DNA of 62,072 bases, filler included, from a candidate division TA06 bacterium SM23_40 (GCA_001303705.1; 5 parts of 5 records of this genome joined end to end with filler, not necessarily neighbours in it), one strand, 5' to 3'; positions 47,279 through 56,824 are shown, counted from the whole stretch's first letter. Notes: a model not told the origin generated them from the letters alone. Translations and numbers: made by a program.

Positions 47279-48481
47279 ATGCTGAGGCAGACCACTCTGA
47301 CCGTTCTCCTGGTCCTGGTCTTCGGCTGTGCCATGAAGGGCGAGCTGCCCCGGACGGAACCCGACCTGGGGGCCGAAGCGGCTCACTCCGCACTCGCCCA
47401 GAAGGCCGTGCTGGCAGACTACGTCAGGACCCACCATATGTCGCCCGAGGAATATGTGATAAGCAAGTTCGAGGAACACGACGTCGTCTGTATCGGGGAA
47501 CAACATCGCATCAAGCACGATGTCGAACTGATACAGCGGATCATCCCGGAGCTATATGAGAACGGCATCTACACGCTCGGGACCGAGTTTGGCCGGCGAG
47601 AGGATCAGCCTCGCATCGACAGCCTCCTCAATGCTCCCGCCTGGGATGAGGCGCTCGCCCGCCAGGTCACGTTCAATCAGTCCGTCACCTGGGGATTTCG
47701 GGAATACGTCGATGTGTACAGGGCCGCCTGGCAGCTCAACCACGGGCTGCCCGAAGGCGCACGGAGATTCCGCATCCTGGGCCTGGGCGACTCGCTCGAC
47801 TGGAGTGTCATTCAGAAGCCCGAGGACCGGAACGATCCGGCGATCATGAAGAAGGTGTGGCACGGGGAGGGCGAGCACCTCTGGGCGAAGGTCGTCCTCG
47901 ACGAGGTGATTACCAAGGGAGAGAAAGCCCTCACGTACAGCGGCATTCACCACGCCTTCACGCAATACAGACAGCCCAACTGGAGCATTGAGAAGCAGAG
48001 ACTGATACGATTCGAAGACAGGCGGATGGGCAACTTCCTGTACAGAGAGATCGGGAAACGCGCCATCACCATCTACCTTCACGCTCCCTGGAACTCGGCC
48101 GAAGGATGGGAGGCACCGATGGTCCAGCCGGCCGATGGTATCATCGAATCGGTCATGGCCGAGCTCGAACCGGAGTACATCCCGGTCGGCTTCGACACGA
48201 AGGGGACACCGTTCGGCAGATTGCCCGGCGAGACGAGCATGTACATGTATGGGTATGAGGATTTCACGCTCGAGACATTCTGCGACGGCTATATCTACCA
48301 GATGCCCATCTCGGAGTTCAGAGGAGTCACTCCGATCGAGGGATTCATCAATGAGGACAACATCGAATATGCGAGACTCCAGATGCCGAATCCGGCATAT
48401 AGGCACGCCTCTATCGAGCAGTTCAATAACGCGATCGCCGCCGATGCCGACATACCGAGGCGATTCGCAAACGTGCGATAG
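47279..48481 (+). CDS. Lipoprotein of the ChaN/EreA/Tiki-like superfamily
   Basis: Lipobox VFGC; DVVCIGEQH, LGTEF and SGIHH motifs. Confidence 0.65.
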   Translation: MLRQTTLTVLLVLVFGCAMKGELPRTEPDLGAEAAHSALAQKAVLADYVRTHHMSPEEYVISKFEEHDVVCIGEQHRIKHDVELIQRIIPELYENGIYTLGTEFGRREDQPRIDSLLNAPAWDEALARQVTFNQSVTWGFREYVDVYRAAWQLNHGLPEGARRFRILGLGDSLDWSVIQKPEDRNDPAIMKKVWHGEGEHLWAKVVLDEVITKGEKALTYSGIHHAFTQYRQPNWSIEKQRLIRFEDRRMGNFLYREIGKRAITIYLHAPWNSAEGWEAPMVQPADGIIESVMAELEPEYIPVGFDTKGTPFGRLPGETSMYMYGYEDFTLETFCDGYIYQMPISEFRGVTPIEGFINEDNIEYARLQMPNPAYRHASIEQFNNAIAADADIPRRFANVR

Positions 48482-48496
48482 TTCGACGACCACGTC

Positions 48497-48970
48497 CTGA
48501 CGCGCCGGATCACCTCGACATACCCGATCAACTTGACGCGCCCGATCATCTAATGCAGCGGATCAACTCGACACCCACGATCAACTTGACGTGGCCGATC
48601 ATCTGACATGCCGGATCGACTCGACATGCCAGATCAACTTGACGTGGCCGATCATCTGACGCGCCGGATCAACTCGACATAACCGATCATCTGACACGCC
48701 GGATCAACTCGACATGCCAGATCATCTGACCTGCCGGATCAACTTGACATAGCCGATCATCTGACACGCCGGATCACCGCGACGCGCCGGATCAACTGAC
48801 GCGCCGGATCAACTGACGTGGCCGATCATCTGACGCATCGGATCAACTCGACAGGCCGGATCAACTGACGCGCCGGATCGACTGACGTGGCGAATCATCC
48901 GACGCGTCGGAACAACTCGACATGCCGAATCATCTGACGTATCGGATCAATTCGACATACGGGATCATCT
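48497..48970. repeat. 27-unit 17/18-bp degenerate tandem array GAC-N6-GATCA(A/T)CT(C/T)
   Basis: Parsed by eye; 24 of 27 units contain GATC. Confidence 0.9.
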
Positions 48971-49018
48971 GGAGAGTTACACCACCACTCGATCGGCCCC
49001 TGCCGACGAAAGGGGGGA

Positions 49019-49492
49019 TTGGGAGTGAGATATGAGAAAGAGAAGGAATACCTCGTCTCCTATTGCGGCTCGTACTGCCACACGTGCGACTGGCACACGG
49101 GAAGAATCCGCAAGATCTCCCGTGCCGCGCTCGACATGATGAAGCTGTACGGCGGCTTTCGGAAGCAGCTCGAAGGGAAGGCCGATCCCGAGGAGATTAC
49201 CCGTGGGCTGGAGGTCCTGTCGGAGTCGGGCATCTGTTCAGGATGCAAGGCGGAGCTGGAAAAGGACCCCGAGACCGACCGGTGCGCCATCCGGCAGTGC
49301 TGTGCGGCGAAAGGTCTCCTCCTCTGCAGCGAGTGCCCCGATTTCCCGTGCGAGATGCTGGCCACGAACCCGGGAGTAATCAGGTTCGGCTGCCTCGAGA
49401 ACCTGAGGCAGATAGGGGAACGCGGCATCGAGAGATGGATCGATGAGCAATGGGAGAAGGAGACCGGCACCTCGCCCGGTCTCGGCATCTGA
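49019..49492 (+). CDS. DUF3795-type Cys-rich metal-binding protein
   Basis: CGSYCHTC, CSGC, CAIRQCC and CSECPDFPC. Confidence 0.8.
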   Translation: MGVRYEKEKEYLVSYCGSYCHTCDWHTGRIRKISRAALDMMKLYGGFRKQLEGKADPEEITRGLEVLSESGICSGCKAELEKDPETDRCAIRQCCAAKGLLLCSECPDFPCEMLATNPGVIRFGCLENLRQIGERGIERWIDEQWEKETGTSPGLGI

Positions 49493-49603
49493 GCTGACCA
49501 TCTGAGCTGACAGAGAACCTCAGAGCCATCCGAATCATCAGAGACACATTCAGAAGATCCAGAACACATCCGAAACACATCCGGAACATCTGGAAGACCT
49601 TCA
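49490..49603. repeat. Short degenerate repeats (about 9-11 bp, GAACACATCC-like)
   Basis: ...GATCCAGAACACATCCGAAACACATCCGGAACATCTGG... Confidence 0.5.
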
Positions 49604-49627
49604 AGCCACCAACGGGAGGAAACGATC

Positions 49628-50188
49628 ATGATCAAGAGAGTATCCGTTCTGCTCCTCGCCATGACCCTATTGATGGCCTGTCAGACGGAGAACCAGACCC
49701 AAGAGGAAGAGAAAGGAGAGATCGCCATGGCCATCACACTCCAAAGCTCAGCGTTCGAGGAAGGAGGAACGATTCCTGCCAGGCATACGTGCGAAGGCGA
49801 TGACGTCTCCCCTCCCCTGTCCTGGGGTGACGTTCCCGAGGGGACGAAGAGCATCGCCCTGATCTGCGACGACCCGGATGCTCCCAGGGGTACGTGGGTC
49901 CACTGGGTCATCTACGGGCTGGCCCCCGATATGCGCGAACTCGCCGAGGGGATCCCCGCTGAGAAGGCACTCTCCGAAGGGGGGAGCCAAGGCACCAACG
50001 ACTTCCGCCGCATCGGGTACGGAGGACCGTGCCCTCCCAAGGGGCCTGCCCATCGCTACTTCTTCAAGCTGTACGCGCTCGATGCCGAAATCGGACTCGA
50101 AGCCGGCGCCTCCAAGAGCGATCTGCTCGATGCCATGGAGGGACACATCCTGGCGCAAGGACAACTCATGGGGATGTACCAGCGGTAG
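49628..50188 (+). CDS. YbhB/YbcL (PEBP, Raf-kinase-inhibitor-like) lipoprotein
   Basis: Lipobox LMAC; SPPLSW, DPDAP, WVHW, YGGPCPP and HRYFFKLYALD. Confidence 0.92.
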   Translation: MIKRVSVLLLAMTLLMACQTENQTQEEEKGEIAMAITLQSSAFEEGGTIPARHTCEGDDVSPPLSWGDVPEGTKSIALICDDPDAPRGTWVHWVIYGLAPDMRELAEGIPAEKALSEGGSQGTNDFRRIGYGGPCPPKGPAHRYFFKLYALDAEIGLEAGASKSDLLDAMEGHILAQGQLMGMYQR

Positions 50189-50239
50189 TCGTCCGGCCGT
50201 CGCCTGCCCCCGGCATCGCACGGGCCCGCCGTTCCGGCC

Positions 50240-50269
50240 TTGACAGACGCCCATATCTTCAGGTACAAT
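50240..50269 (+). promoter_or_regulatory. sigma70-type promoter
   Basis: TTGACA-N18-TACAAT. Confidence 0.6.
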
Positions 50270-50555
50270 AGAGACCTCAGGGGGAGGAGTGGGGTTGGGC
50301 GGCGGCGGACGCCCCCGTTTCTGCGACCTCTCCGGTCTGTTCCCGGATTTCGAGCCCCGACCACCTGTGACTCCCACTATCTTCTCATACCGAGCAGCGC
50401 ACCTGGGACAGGTCTTACCTCCCCTCTGAAACAATCGCTCGACGAAATGACCCTGGAATAGCGCTCATGAAGATCATGAGCATCATTCCCACATGATCCG
50501 ACAACCATGTCACCTGAGCATGCCTCACCGGTGGCCGCGATAGAGGGAGGAGACC

Positions 50556-53390
50556 ATGAACCAGAATCGGATCGGCGTTCTCGCCGTCATCGTCCTTGCT
50601 TTCTTCCTTGCGCCGCGCTCCCCCGCCTGGACCCCTGTCCAGGGGCCTGTCGAGGGAGTGTGGGACCTAGAAGGAAGCCCGTACATCGCCGTCGGCGACA
50701 TCCAGATCTGGGGGGGAGATACACTCGTCATCGAGCCGCTCGTCGAGGTGCGATTCAATGCTGGCCTCACGTTCACCGTGTATGGCACGCTCCTCGCCCA
50801 GGGTACGGCGGACAGCCTGATCACCTTCACCTCCCACCAGCCGTATCCCATGGCCGGGGACTGGGGTCCCATCTATTTCTATTCGAATGAGCCGGAGGGA
50901 TCAGTGCTCGACTACTGCATCGTCGAGTACGGCGGCGCACCGGGACCGGGCACCATCAGGATCGAGTACCTGTCGAACCCGACGATCACGCACTGCCTCA
51001 TCCGTGAAAGCTCCAACTACGGGATCTGGTGCCACAACCAGACCACTCCCCTCATCGCCGACTGCATCATCCGCGATAACGAGAAGCATGGCATCGCGTG
51101 CGAGAACATGGCAGCGCCCACGATCTCGGATAACACGTTCATCGGCAACTCGTACGCAGCCTATGTCGATGGCTCCTCCCAGCCGGTACTGAGCGGCAAC
51201 ACGGCGTCCGGCAACACGCACGATGGGGTCGAAGTGCACGGTTCCCTCATTGTCGATGCACACTGGTCCGACCTGCCGTACTACCTCTCCGGAGGCCTGT
51301 ACGTTGAGCAGGGGGTCACCCTGACGATCGACCCGGGAATGAAGATCGTCTCTGCATCAGCGGTCTCGCTCACCGTGTACGGCACGATCCATGCTGACGG
51401 CACGCCCTCAGATCCGATCACGTTCACGAGTCAGTTCGGTTCTTCCGACTGGGGCCGGTGGGGCCACCTCGGGCTCCTTGAATCATCGACGGGGAATATC
51501 ATCGATGCCTGCATCTTCGAATACGGGGGCTCCGACAATCAGGGACTGATCCTGTGCCAGGGCGCCGAGGCGGCGATCAGCAACTCGCTCATCCGGTACA
51601 GCCCGAATGCCGGGATCCGGGTGACAGCGGATGCCGATCTGAGCGTGACGGGAACAACCTTCATCGGTACGGAGTGGCCGATACGGGCTGATGCCTCCGC
51701 CTTTCTGACAGTCGCAGGCAACACCGCCCAGGGTAATGTGCACGACGGGATATCGATCCAGGGTACCGCAGCGAACGGCTCCACATGGCATCCCGACCTG
51801 CCGTACATCGTCGCCGAGTACGTCTCTGTCGATGCCGGGGACACCGTGACCCTCCTGCCGGGTACAGAAGTACAGTTCCTCCCGTACAGGGGAATGACAA
51901 TCCGGGGCACTCTCCTTGCGGTGGGCACGCCGTCGGACTCAATCATCTTCACCTCATCCCAACTCTATCCCGGTGGCGGCGACTGGAACGCCGTCGATTT
52001 CATCGACAGCAGCTCGAGCGGCAGCATCCTCCAGTACTGCACCCTCGCCTACGGAGGGGCGAATGGCACGGGAACGGTCAGAGTGTCGGATTACTCTGAC
52101 CCGACGATCGCGAATTGCCGTATCACCAGGAGTGCCGTGGACGGCGTTCAGTGTGTCAATCGTGCTGCTCCCACGATCTCCCGATGCCTCATCGAAGCCA
52201 ACGATCGCTACGGCATCTTTATTTCGTCGTTCGCCGAACCGGATATCAAGGACTGCCGCTTCTTTACGAATGAGTTCGCCATCTTCGCAGACGGCGATGT
52301 GGCACCTACGCTCGTGCGGAACACGGCCTATGGAAATCTCCATGATGGCGTAGCTGTGAGCGGTACCATCTCCTCCGACGTGACGTGGAGCAATCTCCCC
52401 CACATCGTAATCGCGGGAATGGAAATCGCGGCAACAGCGACGCTGACGGTCGATCCAGGGGTCGATGTCCAGTTCGTCCCCGACGCGCACCTCAATGTCT
52501 ACGGGAAACTCGAGGCCGACGGAGAGCTCGTCGATCCTATCATCTTCACCGCTGAACCCGGGGCATCCGAGAGCGGCCACTGGGGACATCTGGGATTCAT
52601 CGGTCCGTCCTCGAGCCAGAATCTGCTCGACTACTGCATTGTCGAGTTCGCCGGCAGCGACGGCCTGGGAGCGCTCTTCTTCGAGTCCTCCGCCGGAGGA
52701 ACGGTCGCCAGATCAGAGGTCCGGGCCAATCTCGCCCACGGGATCGAGTGCCGCGATCACGCATCACCCTCGGTGCTCGGATCATCCCTGCTCGCCAATG
52801 CGAGCTCCGGCGTCCGCGCCGAGGGAGAATCAACCCCCACCATCACCAACAGCAATATCGTCGGCAACGCGCGGTACGGTGTGGAGAACCTGGATCCACT
52901 GGTGACTATCGATGCCGAGGATAACTGGTGGGGGAGTCCGAGCGGCCCCGGGGGCGCAGGCCCGGGAACGGGAGACAGCGTGACCGCCTGGGTAGACTAC
53001 GACCCGTGGAGGGACAGCCCGTACCTGCCCTCAGTGACGATCTCCCTCACTCCTGATACCATCCCCATCGTCATCCCGCCGCAGGGCGGAGGCTTCGGGT
53101 ACACGGGCGTCGTCATCAACCACACCTCTCAGCAGCAGACGCTCGCCGGATGGATAGACGTCCGGCTCCCCAACGGCACGAGATACGGGCCGCTCCTCGG
53201 CCCGATCACCCTCAATCTCGCGCCCGAGGAGACGCTGAGCGTCCATCTCCAGCAGAACGTCCCGGGGATGGCTCCGGCAGGGCACTATCGGTTCAACGGA
53301 TATCTGGGGACCCACCCTTCTCCGGCGAGCGACTATTCGTGGTTCGCGTTCGAGAAGGCGGGGCCGCTTGGTATCGTGAGAGAAGACTGA
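50556..53390 (+). CDS. Large secreted parallel beta-helix repeat protein with shared C-terminal domain
   Basis: GGAGG RBS; signal peptide; four repeats of GTL.A.GT..D.I.FTS...GxW; DAEDNWWGSPSGP; ~105-aa C-terminal module. Confidence 0.9.
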   Translation: MNQNRIGVLAVIVLAFFLAPRSPAWTPVQGPVEGVWDLEGSPYIAVGDIQIWGGDTLVIEPLVEVRFNAGLTFTVYGTLLAQGTADSLITFTSHQPYPMAGDWGPIYFYSNEPEGSVLDYCIVEYGGAPGPGTIRIEYLSNPTITHCLIRESSNYGIWCHNQTTPLIADCIIRDNEKHGIACENMAAPTISDNTFIGNSYAAYVDGSSQPVLSGNTASGNTHDGVEVHGSLIVDAHWSDLPYYLSGGLYVEQGVTLTIDPGMKIVSASAVSLTVYGTIHADGTPSDPITFTSQFGSSDWGRWGHLGLLESSTGNIIDACIFEYGGSDNQGLILCQGAEAAISNSLIRYSPNAGIRVTADADLSVTGTTFIGTEWPIRADASAFLTVAGNTAQGNVHDGISIQGTAANGSTWHPDLPYIVAEYVSVDAGDTVTLLPGTEVQFLPYRGMTIRGTLLAVGTPSDSIIFTSSQLYPGGGDWNAVDFIDSSSSGSILQYCTLAYGGANGTGTVRVSDYSDPTIANCRITRSAVDGVQCVNRAAPTISRCLIEANDRYGIFISSFAEPDIKDCRFFTNEFAIFADGDVAPTLVRNTAYGNLHDGVAVSGTISSDVTWSNLPHIVIAGMEIAATATLTVDPGVDVQFVPDAHLNVYGKLEADGELVDPIIFTAEPGASESGHWGHLGFIGPSSSQNLLDYCIVEFAGSDGLGALFFESSAGGTVARSEVRANLAHGIECRDHASPSVLGSSLLANASSGVRAEGESTPTITNSNIVGNARYGVENLDPLVTIDAEDNWWGSPSGPGGAGPGTGDSVTAWVDYDPWRDSPYLPSVTISLTPDTIPIVIPPQGGGFGYTGVVINHTSQQQTLAGWIDVRLPNGTRYGPLLGPITLNLAPEETLSVHLQQNVPGMAPAGHYRFNGYLGTHPSPASDYSWFAFEKAGPLGIVRED

Positions 53391-53573
53391 CAGAGGTCGC
53401 GGGGCGCCACAGTCTGGCAGCATACCGGCTTAAGTCAGAAGGGCGATGAGCCAGCTCTGGCAGGCGCGTGGGCTGGCTCCGGCGCAGATATAGACGAGTC
53501 CGAGCGGAAACAGGAGCCCGGAAGGAGCATCAGCTCTTCCGGGCAGAGCTGACCAGCTTCCGGGCAGAGGTGT

Positions 53574-53720
53574 CTAGCGAATGATGGCGAACGTGCCTAC
53601 GACAGTCTGAGCCGGGGCCTCAACCGAAAAGAGATAGATGCCGCTTGCCACATCGGCTGCCACCGGATCCCATTCAACCGAGCCGCCGCCTTCTCCCGCA
53701 TATCGAATGCTCGCCACACG
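53574..53720 (-). CDS. C-terminal end of a secreted protein with FlgD/T9SS-type CTD (5' truncated by gap)
   Basis: Manual translation RVASIRYAGEGGGSVEWDPVAADVASGIYLFSVEAPAQTVVGTFAIIR*. Confidence 0.7.
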   Translation of the reverse strand, partial: RVASIRYAGEGGGSVEWDPVAADVASGIYLFSVEAPAQTVVGTFAIIR

Positions 53721-53820
53721 NNNNNNNNNNNNNNNNNNNNNNNNNNNNNNNNNNNNNNNNNNNNTTAATTAATTAANNNNNNNNNNNNNNNNNNNNNNNN
53801 NNNNNNNNNNNNNNNNNNNN
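53721..53820. other. Artificial contig spacer
   Basis: N + TTAATTAATTAA + N. Confidence 0.97.
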
Positions 53821-53821
53821 C

Positions 53822-54352
53822 ATGTGGCAACTGTACGCAGTGATGGGCGAGCGGCGCCTGGGGAAACATCTCGACGACCCTCTTCCCGAGGTTCCCGATT
53901 ACGACGAAGGGATGCTCCTTCGCCATGAAGTAGAGGTGCTCGGGTTCTTGGTCAGCCGCCACCCGCTGACCCTCTTCGAGGATGAGCTACGGGACATCTC
54001 GTATGTCGAGGGAAAGGATCTGGGGCGATATGCGGGGCGCCGCGTGAGTACGGTGGGCTGGTGGGTGACGAGCAAACTCGTCACGACGAAGACGGACGAA
54101 CCGATGGAGTTCGTCAGCTTCGAGGATACGACTGCGATCTACGAGACGACCTTCTTTCCCCGCGCCTATCGCCGGTTTTGCCACATGCTCTCACGGACAC
54201 GACCGTATCTATTGTGGGGGAAGGTGGAGGAGGACTTCGGGGCGATCACCTTCACTGTGGATGACGTGGCATTCCTCGATGAGCCGCTCCCACAGCGGTG
54301 GCGGACGAGAGTGCGGCTTGGCCGAAGACCCGCTCTGAGCAGGCTCTCCTGA
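53822..54352 (+). CDS. dnaE: DNA polymerase III alpha (DnaE/DnaE2-like) C-terminal OB-fold region, 5' truncated
   Basis: E.E.LGFLVSRHPL and MEFVSFEDTTAIYETTFFP motifs. Confidence 0.8.
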   Translation: MWQLYAVMGERRLGKHLDDPLPEVPDYDEGMLLRHEVEVLGFLVSRHPLTLFEDELRDISYVEGKDLGRYAGRRVSTVGWWVTSKLVTTKTDEPMEFVSFEDTTAIYETTFFPRAYRRFCHMLSRTRPYLLWGKVEEDFGAITFTVDDVAFLDEPLPQRWRTRVRLGRRPALSRLS

Positions 54353-54442
54353 TACTTCAGGTGTTGCTGCGTGCGATGAGGCGGCGGTCTCGGCGGGCGC
54401 GCCCGCGATGAGGACGCCTACAAAGGCCGAACGATACCATCG

Positions 54443-54633
54443 ACCTTCAAAGTCTACCAATGTCCCTGAAGGATGGCATGTGACAACTTCAGAACTTACC
54501 AGCTTCCCTGGAGGATGCCACGGACAGACTGATACGATAACCTTCAGAACCTACCAACGTCCCCGGAGGAAAGCCTACCAATGTCCCTGGAGGATGCCAG
54601 TAACCTTCAGAACCTACCAACGTCCCCGAAAGG
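54443..54633. repeat. Five degenerate copies of a ~35-bp hairpin-forming repeat
   Basis: ACCTTCAGAACCTACCAAYGTCCCYGGAGGATGCCA with internal CCTTCAG/CTGGAGG stem; one copy lacks its 5' arm. Confidence 0.75.
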
Positions 54634-54719
54634 CGGGAACTCTTGACAACTCGCGTAAGTTCTGATATACAAGAGATACACTGGACTGAAGTTCGGCACC
54701 TTACAGCATCAGGGGGGTA

Positions 54720-56681
54720 GTGATGAACGGATGGCATGCTGTACCGGCGATAGTCGTTTCGGTCCTCTGCGTCTGGTCTCTGCACGCTGCGGAGGTGGTT
54801 CCAACAGACATTCAGCAGCCCGGGACGCAACCAGGGGAAGTGGCGAATCTGCAGACCCCGGACAAGTGTGACAACTGCCACGGGGGATACGATCCCGCGA
54901 TCGAGCCGGCGTTCAACTGGCGTGGCAACATGATGGCCAACGCCAGCCGTGACCCGATCTTCTGGGCGACCATGGCGATCGGGGAACAGGATTTCGATGG
55001 CGCCGGGGACCTCTGCCTCCGCTGTCACACCACAGGAGGCTGGCTGGGAGGCCGCTCCACACCGACTGACGGTTCGAACCTGCATGGCCACGATGCTGAT
55101 GGGGTCGAGTGTGACTTCTGTCACAAGATGACGAACCCTGACGAGTCGGAGCACCTCGGTGTGCAGAATCCACCGTTTGTCGCGAACAACGGAGGCACAC
55201 CTCCCGTCGGGTACTATGGGAGCGGGATGTATGTCGTGTGGGATGGAAACGAGAAGCTGGGGCCGTACAGCGACGCAGCTGCCAACCACTCGACGTTGCA
55301 ATCCCAGTTCCACCGGTCCGTCGACTTCTGCGGCACGTGCCACGACGTATCAAACCCCGCAGTCGGTGATCTCGCACCCAATAACGGTGCCCAGGTTCCT
55401 CTCGAACCCGGGACCTACAGCGGCGTGCCTGGCGCGCCGGTAGAGGAGAAGGCCGCATTCAACAACTTCCCGTATCAGTACGGGATTGTCGAACGCACGT
55501 TCAGCGAGTACAAGGCGGGCCTCCTCTCACAGACGCTCGTCTCCGACTATTTGAGCCTGCCATCGGAGCTCCAGGATGGTGCGATCGCGACAGCATATGA
55601 GGCCGCCCTCGTTGCTGGCACCGGGGGTAACTACGAAGACGGTGCGCCCCGATACTTCAGTTGTCAGACATGTCACCTCCTTCCGGTTACCGGAGAGGGG
55701 TGTAACAAGAATCCGCCCGTGCGCCGCGATCTCCCGCTCCACGACATGACCGGGGGCAACTACTGGATGCCTGATGCAATTCAGTACCTGGACTCGCAGG
55801 GGATGCTGAGGCTCGGCGGCGGGCTCAATTCCGTGCAGACAGCGGCATTGGATGCCGGGAAGACACGGGCGATGGTACAGCTGGATCAGGCGGCATCGCT
55901 CTCGGTCGAGGGCAACACTGTCAGCGTCGTCAACTTGACGGGCCACAAGCTCATCTCGGGGTATCCGGAGGGGCGCCGGATGTGGCTGAATGTCAAGTGG
56001 TACGACACCAACAACGTCCTCTTACGTGAGGACGGCGAGTACGGTCCGATCGGAGTATGGATGAGCGGTGTGGAGGTCGAGTCGATCCTCGATCTGGAAG
56101 ATCCGAACACAGAGATCTACGAGGCCCACTACGCGATGACACAGGAATGGGCGAACCAGCTTCTCGCCCTGGGGTACCTGCCCGATCTCCCGTTGAGCTT
56201 CGATCGATATACGGGAGCGGTAGACTACACCCTGGCCGAGCTTGCGGCACAGGCTCCGGGAACCTACCACGAGACATTCCACTTCGTGCTGAATAACTAT
56301 GTTGCGAAGGATAACCGTATCCCGCCGTACGGGATGAGCTACGACGAGGCCAGGATCCGCAACTGCCTCCCCGTGCCTGAAGACCAGTATGGGGACCCGG
56401 GGCCGGGCGGCGCGTACAACTACTGGGATGACTTCACGCTCGACCCTCCGCCTGCAGCCCACCACGCGACGATAGACCTGCTGTACCAGCCCACGAGCTG
56501 GGAGTACATACAGTTCCTCTATCTCGCAAACGATCGTTCGATCGCGTTCCTCGCCGACGAGGGCGACTACATGCTCGAAGGATGGCTGCACACGGGTATG
56601 GCGTATCCCTATGTGATGGCGTCTGCGACGTGGGGAGCCGGTGCACAGCCGCTGCCGGCGCCCATTCCCAATATCGAATGA
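54720..56681 (+). CDS. Secreted pentaheme c-type cytochrome
   Basis: Signal peptide; five CxxCH motifs (CDNCH, CLRCH, CDFCH, CGTCH, CQTCH); TTGACA promoter element at 54643. Confidence 0.88.
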   Translation: MMNGWHAVPAIVVSVLCVWSLHAAEVVPTDIQQPGTQPGEVANLQTPDKCDNCHGGYDPAIEPAFNWRGNMMANASRDPIFWATMAIGEQDFDGAGDLCLRCHTTGGWLGGRSTPTDGSNLHGHDADGVECDFCHKMTNPDESEHLGVQNPPFVANNGGTPPVGYYGSGMYVVWDGNEKLGPYSDAAANHSTLQSQFHRSVDFCGTCHDVSNPAVGDLAPNNGAQVPLEPGTYSGVPGAPVEEKAAFNNFPYQYGIVERTFSEYKAGLLSQTLVSDYLSLPSELQDGAIATAYEAALVAGTGGNYEDGAPRYFSCQTCHLLPVTGEGCNKNPPVRRDLPLHDMTGGNYWMPDAIQYLDSQGMLRLGGGLNSVQTAALDAGKTRAMVQLDQAASLSVEGNTVSVVNLTGHKLISGYPEGRRMWLNVKWYDTNNVLLREDGEYGPIGVWMSGVEVESILDLEDPNTEIYEAHYAMTQEWANQLLALGYLPDLPLSFDRYTGAVDYTLAELAAQAPGTYHETFHFVLNNYVAKDNRIPPYGMSYDEARIRNCLPVPEDQYGDPGPGGAYNYWDDFTLDPPPAAHHATIDLLYQPTSWEYIQFLYLANDRSIAFLADEGDYMLEGWLHTGMAYPYVMASATWGAGAQPLPAPIPNIE

Positions 56682-56824
56682 TCCCGGGGCCGGGACACGG
56701 CCGCCCTTCAGAAATTGAGTGGTGAGCAGTTACAGAACACCGCCGCTATGTGCGGCGGTGTTCTGTGCTCTCTGGCGTGGGCTTATCCCGCTGCGACAGG
56801 TGAATCGGATGCTTCGGTCGGATG

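Noticed and set aside
48497-48970. Possible CRISPR array
   Set aside because: Units are 17-18 bp with only ~6 variable nt, there are no unique 25-45-nt spacers, and no cas genes are present.
28213-53820. Recurrent TTAATTAATTAA within N runs, and ORFs containing X...LIN
   Set aside because: Artificial contig-joining spacer; not biological.
53822-54352. imuABC mutasome cassette
   Set aside because: Only the polymerase C-terminus is visible, it lacks the SRDFH-type tail, and upstream genes are cut off by the gap.
54443-54633. Possible degenerate CRISPR (35-bp hairpin repeat)
   Set aside because: Spacers are 0 to ~20 nt and irregular, the repeats are divergent, and there are no cas genes or leader.
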